DNA of 47,064 nt from a virus (IMGVR_UViG_3300048861_000085:1-47064), one strand, 5' to 3'. Positions 27,638-37,246 are shown, numbered from the stretch's first letter. Made by a program: numbers and translations. The notes: generated by a model from the letters alone, not told the origin.

Positions 27638-28320
27638 TTTCGTTGGATGGTCCGCATGAAGATGTCCTGACACGACTGCGATGACAACCCTGCGCGGCAT
27701 TCCGGTTTGTCGGCAACTTCGTCAAGTGCGGTTGCCATCGACGAAAGCGCCTTCTGTTGTCCAGTGGATGGGGCGAACCAAGGCGGTGTTCCGTTCGATA
27801 ACCAATCGTTCATCGGTTCATCGATGAATGGCGGAATAGCTCGATCAGCACCGAGCAGATACTGATAACGACACTGATTTAACACCGGCTTTTGGTTGTG
27901 GGTGCCGGACACCTTGCAGATCATCGGGCCTGCCTGTCCGTTCAGAAACGACGCGGGGCTTTCGAACGTTGCTCGAATGTCTGCGGAGGAATCCGAAAAC
28001 ACGCCAAGATCCACGAATGGGAGTCCAGATCTATCGACGTCAAGCCGATCGACCGGCCCGTTGATCTTGATCCACCGTCCGTCGTACTTCGCAGTGGCTT
28101 CTGTGACTGATGATCGATATTCCTTGGCGATCTGCGCTGCCTGAGTATCAAAGTCGAAGTGTTTCACGCCCCAATAAAATGCAGCTTTGCCGTTTGCGAC
28201 GGCAACGCCGTAGTCCTCATTGAGCGCGAGCTTCAAGAGCTTGACGCTTTGAGGCGAGTAGGTCTGTCCTAGCGCGATGCAGGGCGCGACGAGCATGGCA
28301 GCTAAGAAACGCTTTTTCAT
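27619..28320 (-). CDS. Moron: exported OB-fold (tRNA_anti-like) protein
   Basis: Signal peptide MKKRFLAAMLVAPCIALG; AAQIAKEY...AKYDGRWIKINGPV; antisense inside the tail operon. Confidence 0.65.
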   Translation of the reverse strand: MKKRFLAAMLVAPCIALGQTYSPQSVKLLKLALNEDYGVAVANGKAAFYWGVKHFDFDTQAAQIAKEYRSSVTEATAKYDGRWIKINGPVDRLDVDRSGLPFVDLGVFSDSSADIRATFESPASFLNGQAGPMICKVSGTHNQKPVLNQCRYQYLLGADRAIPPFIDEPMNDWLSNGTPPWFAPSTGQQKALSSMATALDEVADKPECRAGLSSQSCQDIFMRTIQRNHDATK

Positions 28321-28336
28321 TTGATCTATCCTCGTA

Positions 28337-29281
28337 ATGACACAGCAATATATCCGGAAGGTCAGCCTGTTGATCGGCTCCGACGCGGGGGAAGGTCTCG
28401 ACCTGTCGGAATTGCACCTGAACTTCGCGGTGTGGAGCTCGACGGCCCAGACGCTGCGGCACGCACGCATACGCGTGTATAACGCAAGCGAAGAGACCGT
28501 CCAGCGAATTCAGAATGAGTTCACGCGCGTCGTACTCCAGGCTGGCTACGACGGCAACTTCGGGTTGATCTTTAGCGGAACCGTCGGGCAGTACTCCCGC
28601 GGGCGCGAGAGCGCGACCGACACCTATCTGGATATCGTCGCGCAGGACTCGGACACGGCCTATAACTATGCGGTGATGAACACGACGCTCGCGAAGGGCT
28701 GGAAGCCAGATGACTATTACAAGTCGCTGCTTCAGTCGTTCGGACCGTACGGCATCGACGGAGGCAACAAGCCTGAGTTCTCGTCATCTGCGGCGCCGCG
28801 CGGCAAGGTCTGCTACGGCATGGCGCGCGACTATATGCGCAGCTTTGCCGCGGCGACCGGCACGCGGTGGTACTTCAAGGATGGACAGCTGCACGTCATA
28901 CCGCTAAATGGGTATCTGCCGGACGAAGCTGTCATCCTGCGAGCCGACACCGGCACGATCGGCATCCCAGTTCAGACGCTCGACGGCGTCGTGGTTCGCT
29001 GCCTGATGAACTCGAACATCATCACCGGCGGCCGCGTGAAGATCGATAACGCGAGCATCACGCAGCGCAAGGTCGTGAATCCGCAGACCACGAACGTCGA
29101 CGACTACAACATCCCGGACCTCAGCAACGACGGCGTGTACGTCGTGTATTCGCTCACGCACGCGGGCGACACGCGCGGCAATGCGTGGGAGACGCAGATG
29201 GTCTGCTTCAATCCGAGCAACGCGCCGCGCACGGCGACATTCACGAACGCGGTGATTGATGGACAACAGGGAACGAATTAG
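28337..29281 (+). CDS. Baseplate hub protein
   Basis: ARIRVYN, LQAGYDG...IFSG and GDTRGNAW. Confidence 0.8.
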   Translation: MTQQYIRKVSLLIGSDAGEGLDLSELHLNFAVWSSTAQTLRHARIRVYNASEETVQRIQNEFTRVVLQAGYDGNFGLIFSGTVGQYSRGRESATDTYLDIVAQDSDTAYNYAVMNTTLAKGWKPDDYYKSLLQSFGPYGIDGGNKPEFSSSAAPRGKVCYGMARDYMRSFAAATGTRWYFKDGQLHVIPLNGYLPDEAVILRADTGTIGIPVQTLDGVVVRCLMNSNIITGGRVKIDNASITQRKVVNPQTTNVDDYNIPDLSNDGVYVVYSLTHAGDTRGNAWETQMVCFNPSNAPRTATFTNAVIDGQQGTN

Positions 29282-30002
29282 CGACCCGGAAGAGACCCTC
29301 CGAATCGCGATGGACGGACTTCGCAGTGGTCTTTGGACGTCGATGCCAGGCATCATCGATTCATTTGACCAGTCGGCGCTGACCGCCACGGTTCAGATTG
29401 CGATCAAGGGCGTTGTTTCCGGGATCGACGGGCAGGCGCGCTTCGTCGATATGCCGCTGCTCGTCGACGTGCCAGTGCACTTTCCACGCGGCGGCAACTG
29501 CACGCTGACGTTTCCCGTAGCGGCCGGTGACGAATGCCTGGTCGTGTTCGCCGCGCGCTGCATCGATTCGTGGTGGCAATCGGGCGGAGTTCAGGTGCCG
29601 ATGGAACCGCGCATTCACGATCTGAGCGACGGCTTCGCATTCGTCGGATTCTTCTCCCAGGCAACGAAGATTTCCGGCGTAAGCACTACGGCCGCGCAGC
29701 TGCGCAGCAATGACGGCTTAACGTACATCGACCTGAATGCCGCGTCGCAAAAAGTGACGATAGTCGCTCCGGGCGGCTTTGACGTTGTCGCGCCACTGTC
29801 GACGTTCTCGGCGGCCGTGACCATTCAGGGTCTTCTGACGTGGGCTGGCGGAATGGTCGGCTCGATCGGCAGCGGCATTGCCGCGACGATCACAGGTGCG
29901 ATCAACTTCGTCGGCACGCTGACGTCGAACGGCCACGACATCAGCAGCACGCACAGGCACACGAACTCTGGTGGCTCAGGATTGGGCGGGCCGCCGCAAT
30001 GA
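29259..30002 (+). CDS. Baseplate central spike (Gp138-like)
   Basis: LVDVPVHFPRGG...GDECLVVF...HDLSDG; C-terminal HxH (THRH). Confidence 0.85.
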   Translation: MDNRERISDPEETLRIAMDGLRSGLWTSMPGIIDSFDQSALTATVQIAIKGVVSGIDGQARFVDMPLLVDVPVHFPRGGNCTLTFPVAAGDECLVVFAARCIDSWWQSGGVQVPMEPRIHDLSDGFAFVGFFSQATKISGVSTTAAQLRSNDGLTYIDLNAASQKVTIVAPGGFDVVAPLSTFSAAVTIQGLLTWAGGMVGSIGSGIAATITGAINFVGTLTSNGHDISSTHRHTNSGGSGLGGPPQ

Positions 30003-30012
30003 GACATGAGAT

Positions 30013-30366
30013 ATGCGCTATCGCAAGGAAGATGCGGCCGGTGACTACGTGTTCGGCCATGGCCTGGCCGACTTCTATCAGGACGTACCGGAGGCAGTCG
30101 CGCAGGCAGTGAAGACGCGCCTTGGACTCTTCACTGGCGAGTGGTACCTCGACACGACAGACGGCACACCGTGGCGAACCGAGGTGCTCGGAAAGTATAC
30201 GAAGGAGACCTATGACGCCGTCATTCGTGATCGCATTCTAGGCACAGAAGGCGTGCAGGAGATCACGGCGTATTCGAGCTCTTTCGATGGCGGCAGCCGG
30301 GCACTCAGTGTGTCCGCGACCATCACAACCTTATATGGCCCTGCGCCGATTGCGACGACTCTATGA
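30013..30366 (+). CDS. Baseplate wedge/sheath initiator (gp25-like)
   Basis: AVAQAVKTRL...GEWYLD...ILGTEGV. Confidence 0.8.
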   Translation: MRYRKEDAAGDYVFGHGLADFYQDVPEAVAQAVKTRLGLFTGEWYLDTTDGTPWRTEVLGKYTKETYDAVIRDRILGTEGVQEITAYSSSFDGGSRALSVSATITTLYGPAPIATTL

Positions 30367-31541
30367 TCACGACCACCGCTCCGACGATCGACGCGACGGG
30401 CATCACTGCGCCGGCTTATTCGGACATCCTCGACTTTCTGAAGTCGAAGTATCAGAGCATCTATGGCCCGGATGCGTATCTTGAGAACGACAGCAAGGAC
30501 GGCCAGTTGCTGGCCATCTTCGCCAGCGCGATCAATGACGCCAACGCGGTTGCGGTCAGCGTGTATAACGCGTTCTCGCCCGCGACAGCGCAAGGCGCAA
30601 ACCTGTCGAGTGTCGTAAAGATCAACGGCATTGCGCGCGCGGTGCCGAGCAACTCGACCGTCGATGTAACGCTCGTCGGCGTTGTCGGCACGACGATCAC
30701 GAATGGCGTTGTGCAGGACACCAACCAAGTGAAATGGGATTTACCGGCCTCGGTGACGATCCCTGGCGCCGGGCAGATCACGGTCACTGCGACATGCGAG
30801 ACGGCTGGCGCAGTGAGCGCCGCGCCCAATACCGTCACGACTATCGCCACGCCCACGCGTGGCTGGCAGACCGTGACGAACGCGAGTTCTGCATCGATGG
30901 GAAACCCGGTCGAAGAAGATGCCGATCTTCGGGTGCGGCAATCATCGTCGACCGCTCTGCCGTCCTTAACCGTGCTCGACGGCATCATCGGGGCGGTCAA
31001 ATCCATCACGGGCGTCACGCGGGTCGCAGCCTACGAGAACGACACGAACGTCATCGATTCGAACGGGCTGCCGCCGCATGTCATCGCTCTGGTCGTAGAA
31101 GGCGGCGACGCGACGGCCATTGCGAACGCGATCGCTGCGAAGAAGACGCCAGGTGGCGGCACCTACGGCACGACGACGGTCACAGTCACTGACGTCTATG
31201 GCATTCCGCATCCGATCAGCTTTTTCCGGCCGACTCCGCAAGCAATCATCGCCGTGGTGAATCTCAAGGCGCTGGCGGGGTACTCATCGACGGTGGGCGC
31301 TCGGATACAGCAAGCGATCTCCGACTATGTGAACAGCGTGGCGATCGGCGGTGGATCAGCGGCCGCGGTCGAATGGGACGCGTGCGTCGCCGCGGCGAAG
31401 GGTGTGGTAGGCGGCAACACTTTCAAGATCACGTCTCTCACGATCTCGGGACCGGGCGGTGCCGGGACGCCAGATGTTCCGCTCGCTTTCAATCAGTCGG
31501 CAACGTGCACGCCGGCGAGCGTCACCGTGAATGCGACGTGA
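30363..31541 (+). CDS. Baseplate J-like protein
   Basis: ATAQGANL, NGIAR and EEDADLRVR. Confidence 0.88.
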   Translation: MITTTAPTIDATGITAPAYSDILDFLKSKYQSIYGPDAYLENDSKDGQLLAIFASAINDANAVAVSVYNAFSPATAQGANLSSVVKINGIARAVPSNSTVDVTLVGVVGTTITNGVVQDTNQVKWDLPASVTIPGAGQITVTATCETAGAVSAAPNTVTTIATPTRGWQTVTNASSASMGNPVEEDADLRVRQSSSTALPSLTVLDGIIGAVKSITGVTRVAAYENDTNVIDSNGLPPHVIALVVEGGDATAIANAIAAKKTPGGGTYGTTTVTVTDVYGIPHPISFFRPTPQAIIAVVNLKALAGYSSTVGARIQQAISDYVNSVAIGGGSAAAVEWDACVAAAKGVVGGNTFKITSLTISGPGGAGTPDVPLAFNQSATCTPASVTVNAT

Positions 31542-31542
31542 T

Positions 31543-32205
31543 ATGGCAGACATCTCCGATTACACCGGGCTCGTTACGAGCGAGCACGCGGACAAACCCC
31601 GTTTTGTTGCGGCGCTGTCGGCGCTCGTTCAGTGCATCGTCGACCTGCAGAACGTCGAGTTGAGCATTCCGTTTGCCTTCGATCTTGATCAGGCCGTCGG
31701 CGTGCAGCTCGACGCGGTAGGTCTGTGGATTGGCATCACGCGCAATGTGAAGACGCCTCTGAGCGGCGTCTATTTTTCATTGGACACAGATGGCCTTGGC
31801 TTTGATCAGGGCGTTTGGCAAGGGCCATTCGATCCGACGGCAGGCGTCGTCTCTCTCGACGACGAGACCTATCGGCTGCTGATTCGCGCCAAGATCGGCG
31901 CTAACAGTTGGGACGGGACGCTCGGCACTTCGGCTGCGATCCTGAACAGCATCTTCGACGGTGGAACCTACGTTTTCATCGTCGATAACGGCGATATGTC
32001 GATCGACTATGGCATCGCGGGTACGTTGCCGAGCGCGCTGTTTCTCGCGCTTTTGCGCGGCGGCTATATCCCACTGAAACCGGAAGCCGTGCACATCAAC
32101 GGGTACTTCGTGCCGTCCGTGACGAACACGCCATTGTTCGGTTTCGATGTCGAAAACAACCTGATCTCCGGATTCGATGTCGGATCCTGGGCCGTCTCAG
32201 CTTAA
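31543..32205 (+). CDS. Baseplate wedge protein (DUF2612-type)
   Basis: DLDQAVGVQLDAVG...LDDETYRLLIRAKI. Confidence 0.85.
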   Translation: MADISDYTGLVTSEHADKPRFVAALSALVQCIVDLQNVELSIPFAFDLDQAVGVQLDAVGLWIGITRNVKTPLSGVYFSLDTDGLGFDQGVWQGPFDPTAGVVSLDDETYRLLIRAKIGANSWDGTLGTSAAILNSIFDGGTYVFIVDNGDMSIDYGIAGTLPSALFLALLRGGYIPLKPEAVHINGYFVPSVTNTPLFGFDVENNLISGFDVGSWAVSA

Positions 32206-32219
32206 CAATCGGAGCATCA

Positions 32220-33131
32220 ATGGCAACGAATGACTTCCTCCCGTTCGCTACGGGAGTGGGAGCTAACGTCCTCTCACAAACCGACTATGCGGCCCTCCCA
32301 GCGGTCTCATCTGGTTATCAGAGCGGTATCGCGAAATCCCAGCAGCTCAACAAGACGTGGCGCCAGTCGAGCATCATGGCCGCCGTGCTCGCGCAGTTCA
32401 TTGCCGATGAGACAGGCGTCAACTCGACCGATGACGGCACGACGGCGACGCTTCTGGCGAACCTCAAGAATGCTACTCCCGGAAGGTTGCTGCGCATCAC
32501 GAAGTACTCGGGCGGCACATTCACATGGACGAAAGGAACCGGCACAACCGCAATTCGGGTCCGCTTGGTCGGCTGCGGCGGTAGCGGTGGGGGAGCCCCT
32601 GCGACGGGCGCCAGTCAGGTGTCGATCGGCTCCGGTGGATCGTCTGGCTCGTTCGCTGAGGGGTATTACACCGGCGGATCTGTTCCTTCTTCGGCCACGG
32701 TCACGACGCCTTCGGGACCAGCGGGCAACACTGGTTCTGCAGGGGCTAACGGTTCGGCTGCGTCATTCGGCTCGCTTATGACGGCGCCGGGCGGTGTGGG
32801 CGGTACGATCGCAGGACCGTCTGTGCCGCCTTTCTCGCCAAGCGCAACGGGCAACGGCGGAGCACCGACCGGCGGGAACCTTATTGCCACTCCAGGTGCA
32901 TGGGGCGGATATGCGTTCGCTTTAGCATCGGGCTCAATCGCGGCAGGCGGAGGCGGATCGTCGGTAGTGGGCGGTGGCGGGCCGCCGGTAGGTAGTGGCG
33001 CAGCTGGCGCGGCTGCAGTAGGGGCGGGTGGGGGTGGGGGTGGAACGGCTCAGATCGCAAATTCCGCAGCCCTCACTGGTGGTCAGGGCGGTGGTGCTTT
33101 CTGCATCGTTGAAGAATACGGGAGCATCTGA
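32220..33131 (+). CDS. Tail fibre protein with Gly-rich C-terminal domain
   Basis: ATNDFLPFA...SGIAKSQQLNKTWRQSS N-terminus; GGGGGG-rich C-terminus. Confidence 0.8.
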   Translation: MATNDFLPFATGVGANVLSQTDYAALPAVSSGYQSGIAKSQQLNKTWRQSSIMAAVLAQFIADETGVNSTDDGTTATLLANLKNATPGRLLRITKYSGGTFTWTKGTGTTAIRVRLVGCGGSGGGAPATGASQVSIGSGGSSGSFAEGYYTGGSVPSSATVTTPSGPAGNTGSAGANGSAASFGSLMTAPGGVGGTIAGPSVPPFSPSATGNGGAPTGGNLIATPGAWGGYAFALASGSIAAGGGGSSVVGGGGPPVGSGAAGAAAVGAGGGGGGTAQIANSAALTGGQGGGAFCIVEEYGSI

Positions 33132-33337
33132 TGGCGATTTACGCACACATCTTCGATGGCAAGGTATTTGAGATCATCCCACCCTACACCGATCCGGAAG
33201 GGAGGGATGTTCCCATAAGCGAACGTTATACGGCCGACTTCGTCGCCGCGTGCGTTGATGTGACCGATCTTGATCCGACGCCCGAGCAAGGCTGGCTATA
33301 CGATGGCGATAGCTTCACGCCACCAAAAGCGCAATGA
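33131..33337 (+). CDS. Tail fibre assembly/chaperone
   Basis: YAHIFDGKVFEII...GWLYDGDSFTPP. Confidence 0.7.
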   Translation: MAIYAHIFDGKVFEIIPPYTDPEGRDVPISERYTADFVAACVDVTDLDPTPEQGWLYDGDSFTPPKAQ

Positions 33338-33354
33338 CTGAGCGCACCTCGATG

Positions 33355-34632
33355 CTACCTGCCCAGGATCCGTCGTAAGAGCGAGGGGCGTTCCGCTGAA
33401 ACGGCATTGGGAGTGGGCTCATCTTTCGGCGCTTCGTCCATTGCGGGCTCTACGCTGACAGGCAGCGGAGGCGTCATCCCTGACGTAGGCGGCGCATCGC
33501 AGAATTGGGGCGCGTGACGTTCAAGCAGCGCGCGGAGGCTTTCTACCCACTCACCTTCACGGTTCTGCCTCTCTGCGTGCCGCAGCACTGTCTTGAACTC
33601 CGTGTAGACGGCCTTTGTTTTCAGGTTGAGGTTCCCAACCTTAGAAAGATCGATTTCTTGATCGAAGCACGCAGGGTAGTGGTCGTCGACGGCCGCCAAG
33701 AAGTTGAAGCGCGTGCGGATGCACTTCTCGCAGAAGCCACAGTTTCGATCTGCGGAGCCCTCCCAGCAAAACTTAGCGGTTTGCGTCGCAACTGCGTCTT
33801 GCGCAACGCGCTCGACTTTTTCGGTCCGAGTGAAGCCCGCTCCATCATGGACGATTTCCATCTCGGCGCCCGACAACAAATAGTCGGTCGCCGGATTCGA
33901 GCCCCATGGGAGAACAAGGTCGCCGTACGGCTCGGAACTGCCGACCAGGCCAAAGCTGGATGTGCCAGACAGCAGATGCAGGCAAGCCGCGAGTTGCGCC
34001 GAGAAGCTCATTCCCCACAGCTGTCGATTCAGTGGACGAAAATCAGTGTAAACGGTCGTGCATGTGAGCCCCAGCTTGTCAATGAGCGGCATCATGCGCT
34101 GTTGCAGCTTTGTAAATCCTTCGACATCTGTATGAGGAACGTCGAGCCCGTGCACCATCACAACGGTCTCCAGCTCGTGCGAGCCTGCATGCAGATCGCG
34201 CTCGCGATGTCGAAGCGCAGTAAATATGCCGTCGAGGCCGCCTGAAAAAGCCGAGACGGCCTTATCCGTAACGTTCGATGCGGCTTCGCGATTCGTCAGT
34301 ACTCTGTCTGCCGTGATTTCTATGGGCGTGTAATCAGCTGGCAGCATGTTGTGCCAAGCCTCACAGAACAGGGCTGCGTTTTTAAGCGCTTTCGCGGAGA
34401 GCGTCCCATGAACGTGGAGGGGTTGACCGATCATCATCGCTTCGAAAATCACGGCGAACAGGAAGCCGTCCAAAGTCTTTGGAGGGATGAATGCTGTTCC
34501 TTCTGGTAACGTCACCTTATAAATGGCGCCGTTCGTTGCCAGTTCTTCATTAACCCCGGATCCAATAAACCGCATATTGAACTGACCGCAGTTAGCGTGA
34601 TGACTTCCGGCAACTATGAGCTCAGTGGCCAT
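33355..34632 (-). CDS. Moron: PP-loop (adenine nucleotide alpha-hydrolase/QueC-like) enzyme with Cys4 Zn site
   Basis: AFSGGLDG PP-loop; PWGSNP; TRTEKV; FCW...NCGFCEKCIRT; antisense to the late operon. Confidence 0.75.
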   Translation of the reverse strand: MATELIVAGSHHANCGQFNMRFIGSGVNEELATNGAIYKVTLPEGTAFIPPKTLDGFLFAVIFEAMMIGQPLHVHGTLSAKALKNAALFCEAWHNMLPADYTPIEITADRVLTNREAASNVTDKAVSAFSGGLDGIFTALRHRERDLHAGSHELETVVMVHGLDVPHTDVEGFTKLQQRMMPLIDKLGLTCTTVYTDFRPLNRQLWGMSFSAQLAACLHLLSGTSSFGLVGSSEPYGDLVLPWGSNPATDYLLSGAEMEIVHDGAGFTRTEKVERVAQDAVATQTAKFCWEGSADRNCGFCEKCIRTRFNFLAAVDDHYPACFDQEIDLSKVGNLNLKTKAVYTEFKTVLRHAERQNREGEWVESLRALLERHAPQFCDAPPTSGMTPPLPVSVEPAMDEAPKDEPTPNAVSAERPSLLRRILGR

Positions 34633-34728
34633 TTGAACGCCTCATAACGAATTCGTAAATTAATGCCAAAGGCGGCATTTTATACGAGTCGACTGCCCCA
34701 GCCGCGAATAGCGGTCGTTGCGAAGTCC

Positions 34729-34751
34729 AGCCGCCCTTGAGCGGCTTTTTT
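34729..34751 (+). terminator. Rho-independent terminator before the lysis cassette
   Basis: agccgc-ccttga-gcggctttttt. Confidence 0.7.
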
Positions 34752-34811
34752 AATGACCGGATAACCGGCACTTGCGAGCGGGCCAGTCGAGCCGTCGAAC
34801 GAGGAAACTGT

Positions 34812-35243
34812 ATGCCTACGGATTCAACACTGGCGACGATTATCGGAAGCGCCGGCGCATCGGTACTCGTTGGCACCGGCGTTCTGATTGATCGATACGT
34901 CAAATTACGAAAGCAGCTCTCCGACGTCCGATCTTCGGAGTCACAGGCGAAGCGCGATATCGCCCAAGACGAAACCGACACCGGCAGCCTGAAGTTGCTT
35001 CTCGAATCGGCGAGCCAGTGGAAGAAGCAGTACGAGGCATCGGTTGTGCGTGAGACCCGAAATCGCAGGCTTCTCGCGATCTCTGACGCAAAGATGCGTC
35101 GCTTCATAAAACAGGCAGCAGATGATCGAGCCGAGGACCGTCGAAAGATCGAATCGCTCGTAAGGCGTATTGAAGCGCTGGAAAACGAAAACGAGCTGCT
35201 CAAAGCACAAATCGGCGGTCGCCGAAAAGAGGACGCGACGTGA
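34812..35243 (+). CDS. Membrane-anchored coiled-coil protein (lysis region)
   Basis: GAGG RBS; N-terminal hydrophobic segment and a coiled coil. Confidence 0.65.
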   Translation: MPTDSTLATIIGSAGASVLVGTGVLIDRYVKLRKQLSDVRSSESQAKRDIAQDETDTGSLKLLLESASQWKKQYEASVVRETRNRRLLAISDAKMRRFIKQAADDRAEDRRKIESLVRRIEALENENELLKAQIGGRRKEDAT

Positions 35244-35794
35244 CAGACCAAATCAGCAAGGCATACAAGCGCTTCGCTGGGCTCATTGCCATCCTGCTCA
35301 TTGGCGTGTCCGTGTTCTTTGCTGGCATGGCCACCATGTATTGGATCAACCGTGGCGAGCGGATGCAGCTGCTCGGCCGCTTTCCTGCTGCCCGCGCAAC
35401 AGCCGCGGCGTCGGCAACCGAAGCGGCCGACGCGAGATATGCCGTTGAGATTAGCAGCCTAAAGGCACAGAACGAATCGCTGAAGCAGTCGCAGGAACTA
35501 ATCGCCAGGTCGGTCGAGGACACGAATGCGATAGCCGCCTACACGCTCCGCTTTCTCGGAGACCGCGCAAAGCTGACGGATGAGCGTCAGGCAGCGCTTA
35601 TCAAGCAGACACGTCAGGCAGCTGCGGCGGCGACCGTCGCTGCGCAGAAGACTGAAGCTGTCGAGCAGAAGGTTTCGGTCGCCGCCACGAAGGCAGACGA
35701 AGCGGCGAGCACCGCGAAAGCCGTGGACAAGAAACTCGAGACCGCAGTGCATCCCGCGTTCCCGCCGCAGCCCTGGGCCGGCAATCGCCGGTAA
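35240..35794 (+). CDS. Membrane-anchored Ala-rich coiled-coil protein (spanin-like?)
   Basis: TM segment FAGLIAILLIGVSVFFAGM followed by a long helix. Confidence 0.6.
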   Translation: MTDQISKAYKRFAGLIAILLIGVSVFFAGMATMYWINRGERMQLLGRFPAARATAAASATEAADARYAVEISSLKAQNESLKQSQELIARSVEDTNAIAAYTLRFLGDRAKLTDERQAALIKQTRQAAAAATVAAQKTEAVEQKVSVAATKADEAASTAKAVDKKLETAVHPAFPPQPWAGNRR

Positions 35795-35848
35795 AGCCCC
35801 GAACACATCGCGTTTCAATCTAGCGCCGTCGCGCGCGAAGGAGAAGTC

Positions 35849-36007
35849 ATGTCCATCGGAATCATCCTGCTGATACTGCTGATCCTCTTGTTGGTCGGCG
35901 TTGCGCCAGCGTGGCCATATTCGTCGAGTTGGGGTGTCTACCCGTCGGGCGGCGTCGGCATCGTGATCGCGGTCGTTATCGTTCTTCTCTTGATGGGGCG
36001 GCTATGA
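35849..36007 (+). CDS. Small 2-TM protein resembling DUF3309
   Basis: MSIGIILLILLILLLVGVAPAWPYSSSWGVYPSGGVGIVIAVVIVLLLMGRL; AAGGAG RBS; ATGA-coupled to the endolysin; not in the ORF track. Confidence 0.75.
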   Translation: MSIGIILLILLILLLVGVAPAWPYSSSWGVYPSGGVGIVIAVVIVLLLMGRL

Positions 36008-36486
36008 CTTCATTCGACGATGCATTCACGGCCCTCATCGGGAACGAGGGCGGCTACGTGAACAACCCGGCTGATCCCGGAGGTGCGACTCGCTGGGGCG
36101 TAACTGAACGCGTCGCACGCGTCAACGGCTATATCGGAGATATGCGCGTGCTGCCGCTCGACACGGCCAGGCAGATTGCGAAGAAGGTCTACTGGGATCC
36201 GTTGCACCTCGATGAGTTCGACCCGCGCATCGCGTTCCAGATGCTCGATGCGAACTATAACGGCGGCGACACCGTTCGCTGGGCGCAACAGGCCGCTGGA
36301 GCGGCCGTCGATGGCAAGTTCGGGCCAAATACCATCGCGGCGATCTCGGCCGCAGATCCACAGGCGTTCGCGCTGCGCTTCCTCGCCTACCGGCTGAAAT
36401 ATCTCAAGGGCCTCAAGACGTGGCCAACGTTCAGCCGCGGCTGGACGGATCGAATCGCCGAGAACATGCTGAAGGGAGCGGCCTGA
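36004..36486 (+). CDS. Endolysin, glycoside hydrolase family 108
   Basis: EGGYVNNPADPGGATRWGVT...VDGKFGPNT...FSRGW. Confidence 0.92.
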   Translation: MTSFDDAFTALIGNEGGYVNNPADPGGATRWGVTERVARVNGYIGDMRVLPLDTARQIAKKVYWDPLHLDEFDPRIAFQMLDANYNGGDTVRWAQQAAGAAVDGKFGPNTIAAISAADPQAFALRFLAYRLKYLKGLKTWPTFSRGWTDRIAENMLKGAA

Positions 36487-36487
36487 C

Positions 36488-37246
36488 ATGGATCTTAAAT
36501 CATTCGGCACCGCGCTCGCGAAGCTTGGCTTGCCGCTACTCGGAGCGGCGCTGCCCATTCCAGGCGGTATGGCGCTCGGCGCGGCGCTTGCCTCGCAGAT
36601 CGGCGCGCCGTCCTCATCTCCAGAGGACATTCTCGCCACGCTCACCGGCAACGCCCAGGCACTGGCGCAGGCGAGGCAGTTCGAACTCACGCATCAGGAG
36701 ACGATGCTCAAGCTCACGCTCGATGCGCAGACCGCGAACTTTCAGGCCGAAGTCAGCGACCGGCAGGATGCGCGATCGAAACTCGCATCGAACGGGGCGC
36801 TCTGGTGGATCGCTGCGCTCGTTCTGGTCACGTTCGCCGTGATCATGGCAGCGGTGCTGATTGGATCGTGGAGGCTTCTGGAGGGCGGCATCACGATCAG
36901 GGACGTGTCGGTCGTAGCCGCGATCTCGGGCCTCGTCGGGTCGATCGTGGGCTATGTCGCGGCCAACGCTCAGACCGTGATCAACTTCCTCTTCGGTGGC
37001 TCCATGGGCAACGAGAAGAACGCGGCCGCACTTGCGCAGAGCGTGCAGACGTCGACGGCGGCGCTCGCCGAAGGGGCGAACACACCGTGGACGCCCGCGG
37101 CCGTCGTGCCGACTGTGCCAGTTTCGGCTAGTAGCTTGCCGAGCGCTGTCGCGGTGCCGCCGGCGGCAAGCGTCGCAAGTGATAACGCAGGTGCGCCCTA
37201 TATGCCGACGCCTGGCGCGCAAGGTGACATTTACCAGGGAGCGTGA
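36488..37246 (+). CDS. Putative holin-like membrane protein with Pro/Ala-rich tail
   Basis: LPLLGAALP...DRQDAR, TM segments and FLFGGSMG; follows the endolysin. Confidence 0.6.
   Translation: MDLKSFGTALAKLGLPLLGAALPIPGGMALGAALASQIGAPSSSPEDILATLTGNAQALAQARQFELTHQETMLKLTLDAQTANFQAEVSDRQDARSKLASNGALWWIAALVLVTFAVIMAAVLIGSWRLLEGGITIRDVSVVAAISGLVGSIVGYVAANAQTVINFLFGGSMGNEKNAAALAQSVQTSTAALAEGANTPWTPAAVVPTVPVSASSLPSAVAVPPAASVASDNAGAPYMPTPGAQGDIYQGA

Noticed and set aside
32220-33337. Diversity-generating retroelement or invertible tail-fibre switch
   Set aside because: No reverse transcriptase, invertase or duplicated template/variable region found
33355-34632. 7-deazaguanine DNA modification pathway
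   Set aside because: No dpdA, folE, queD or queE genes in the genome
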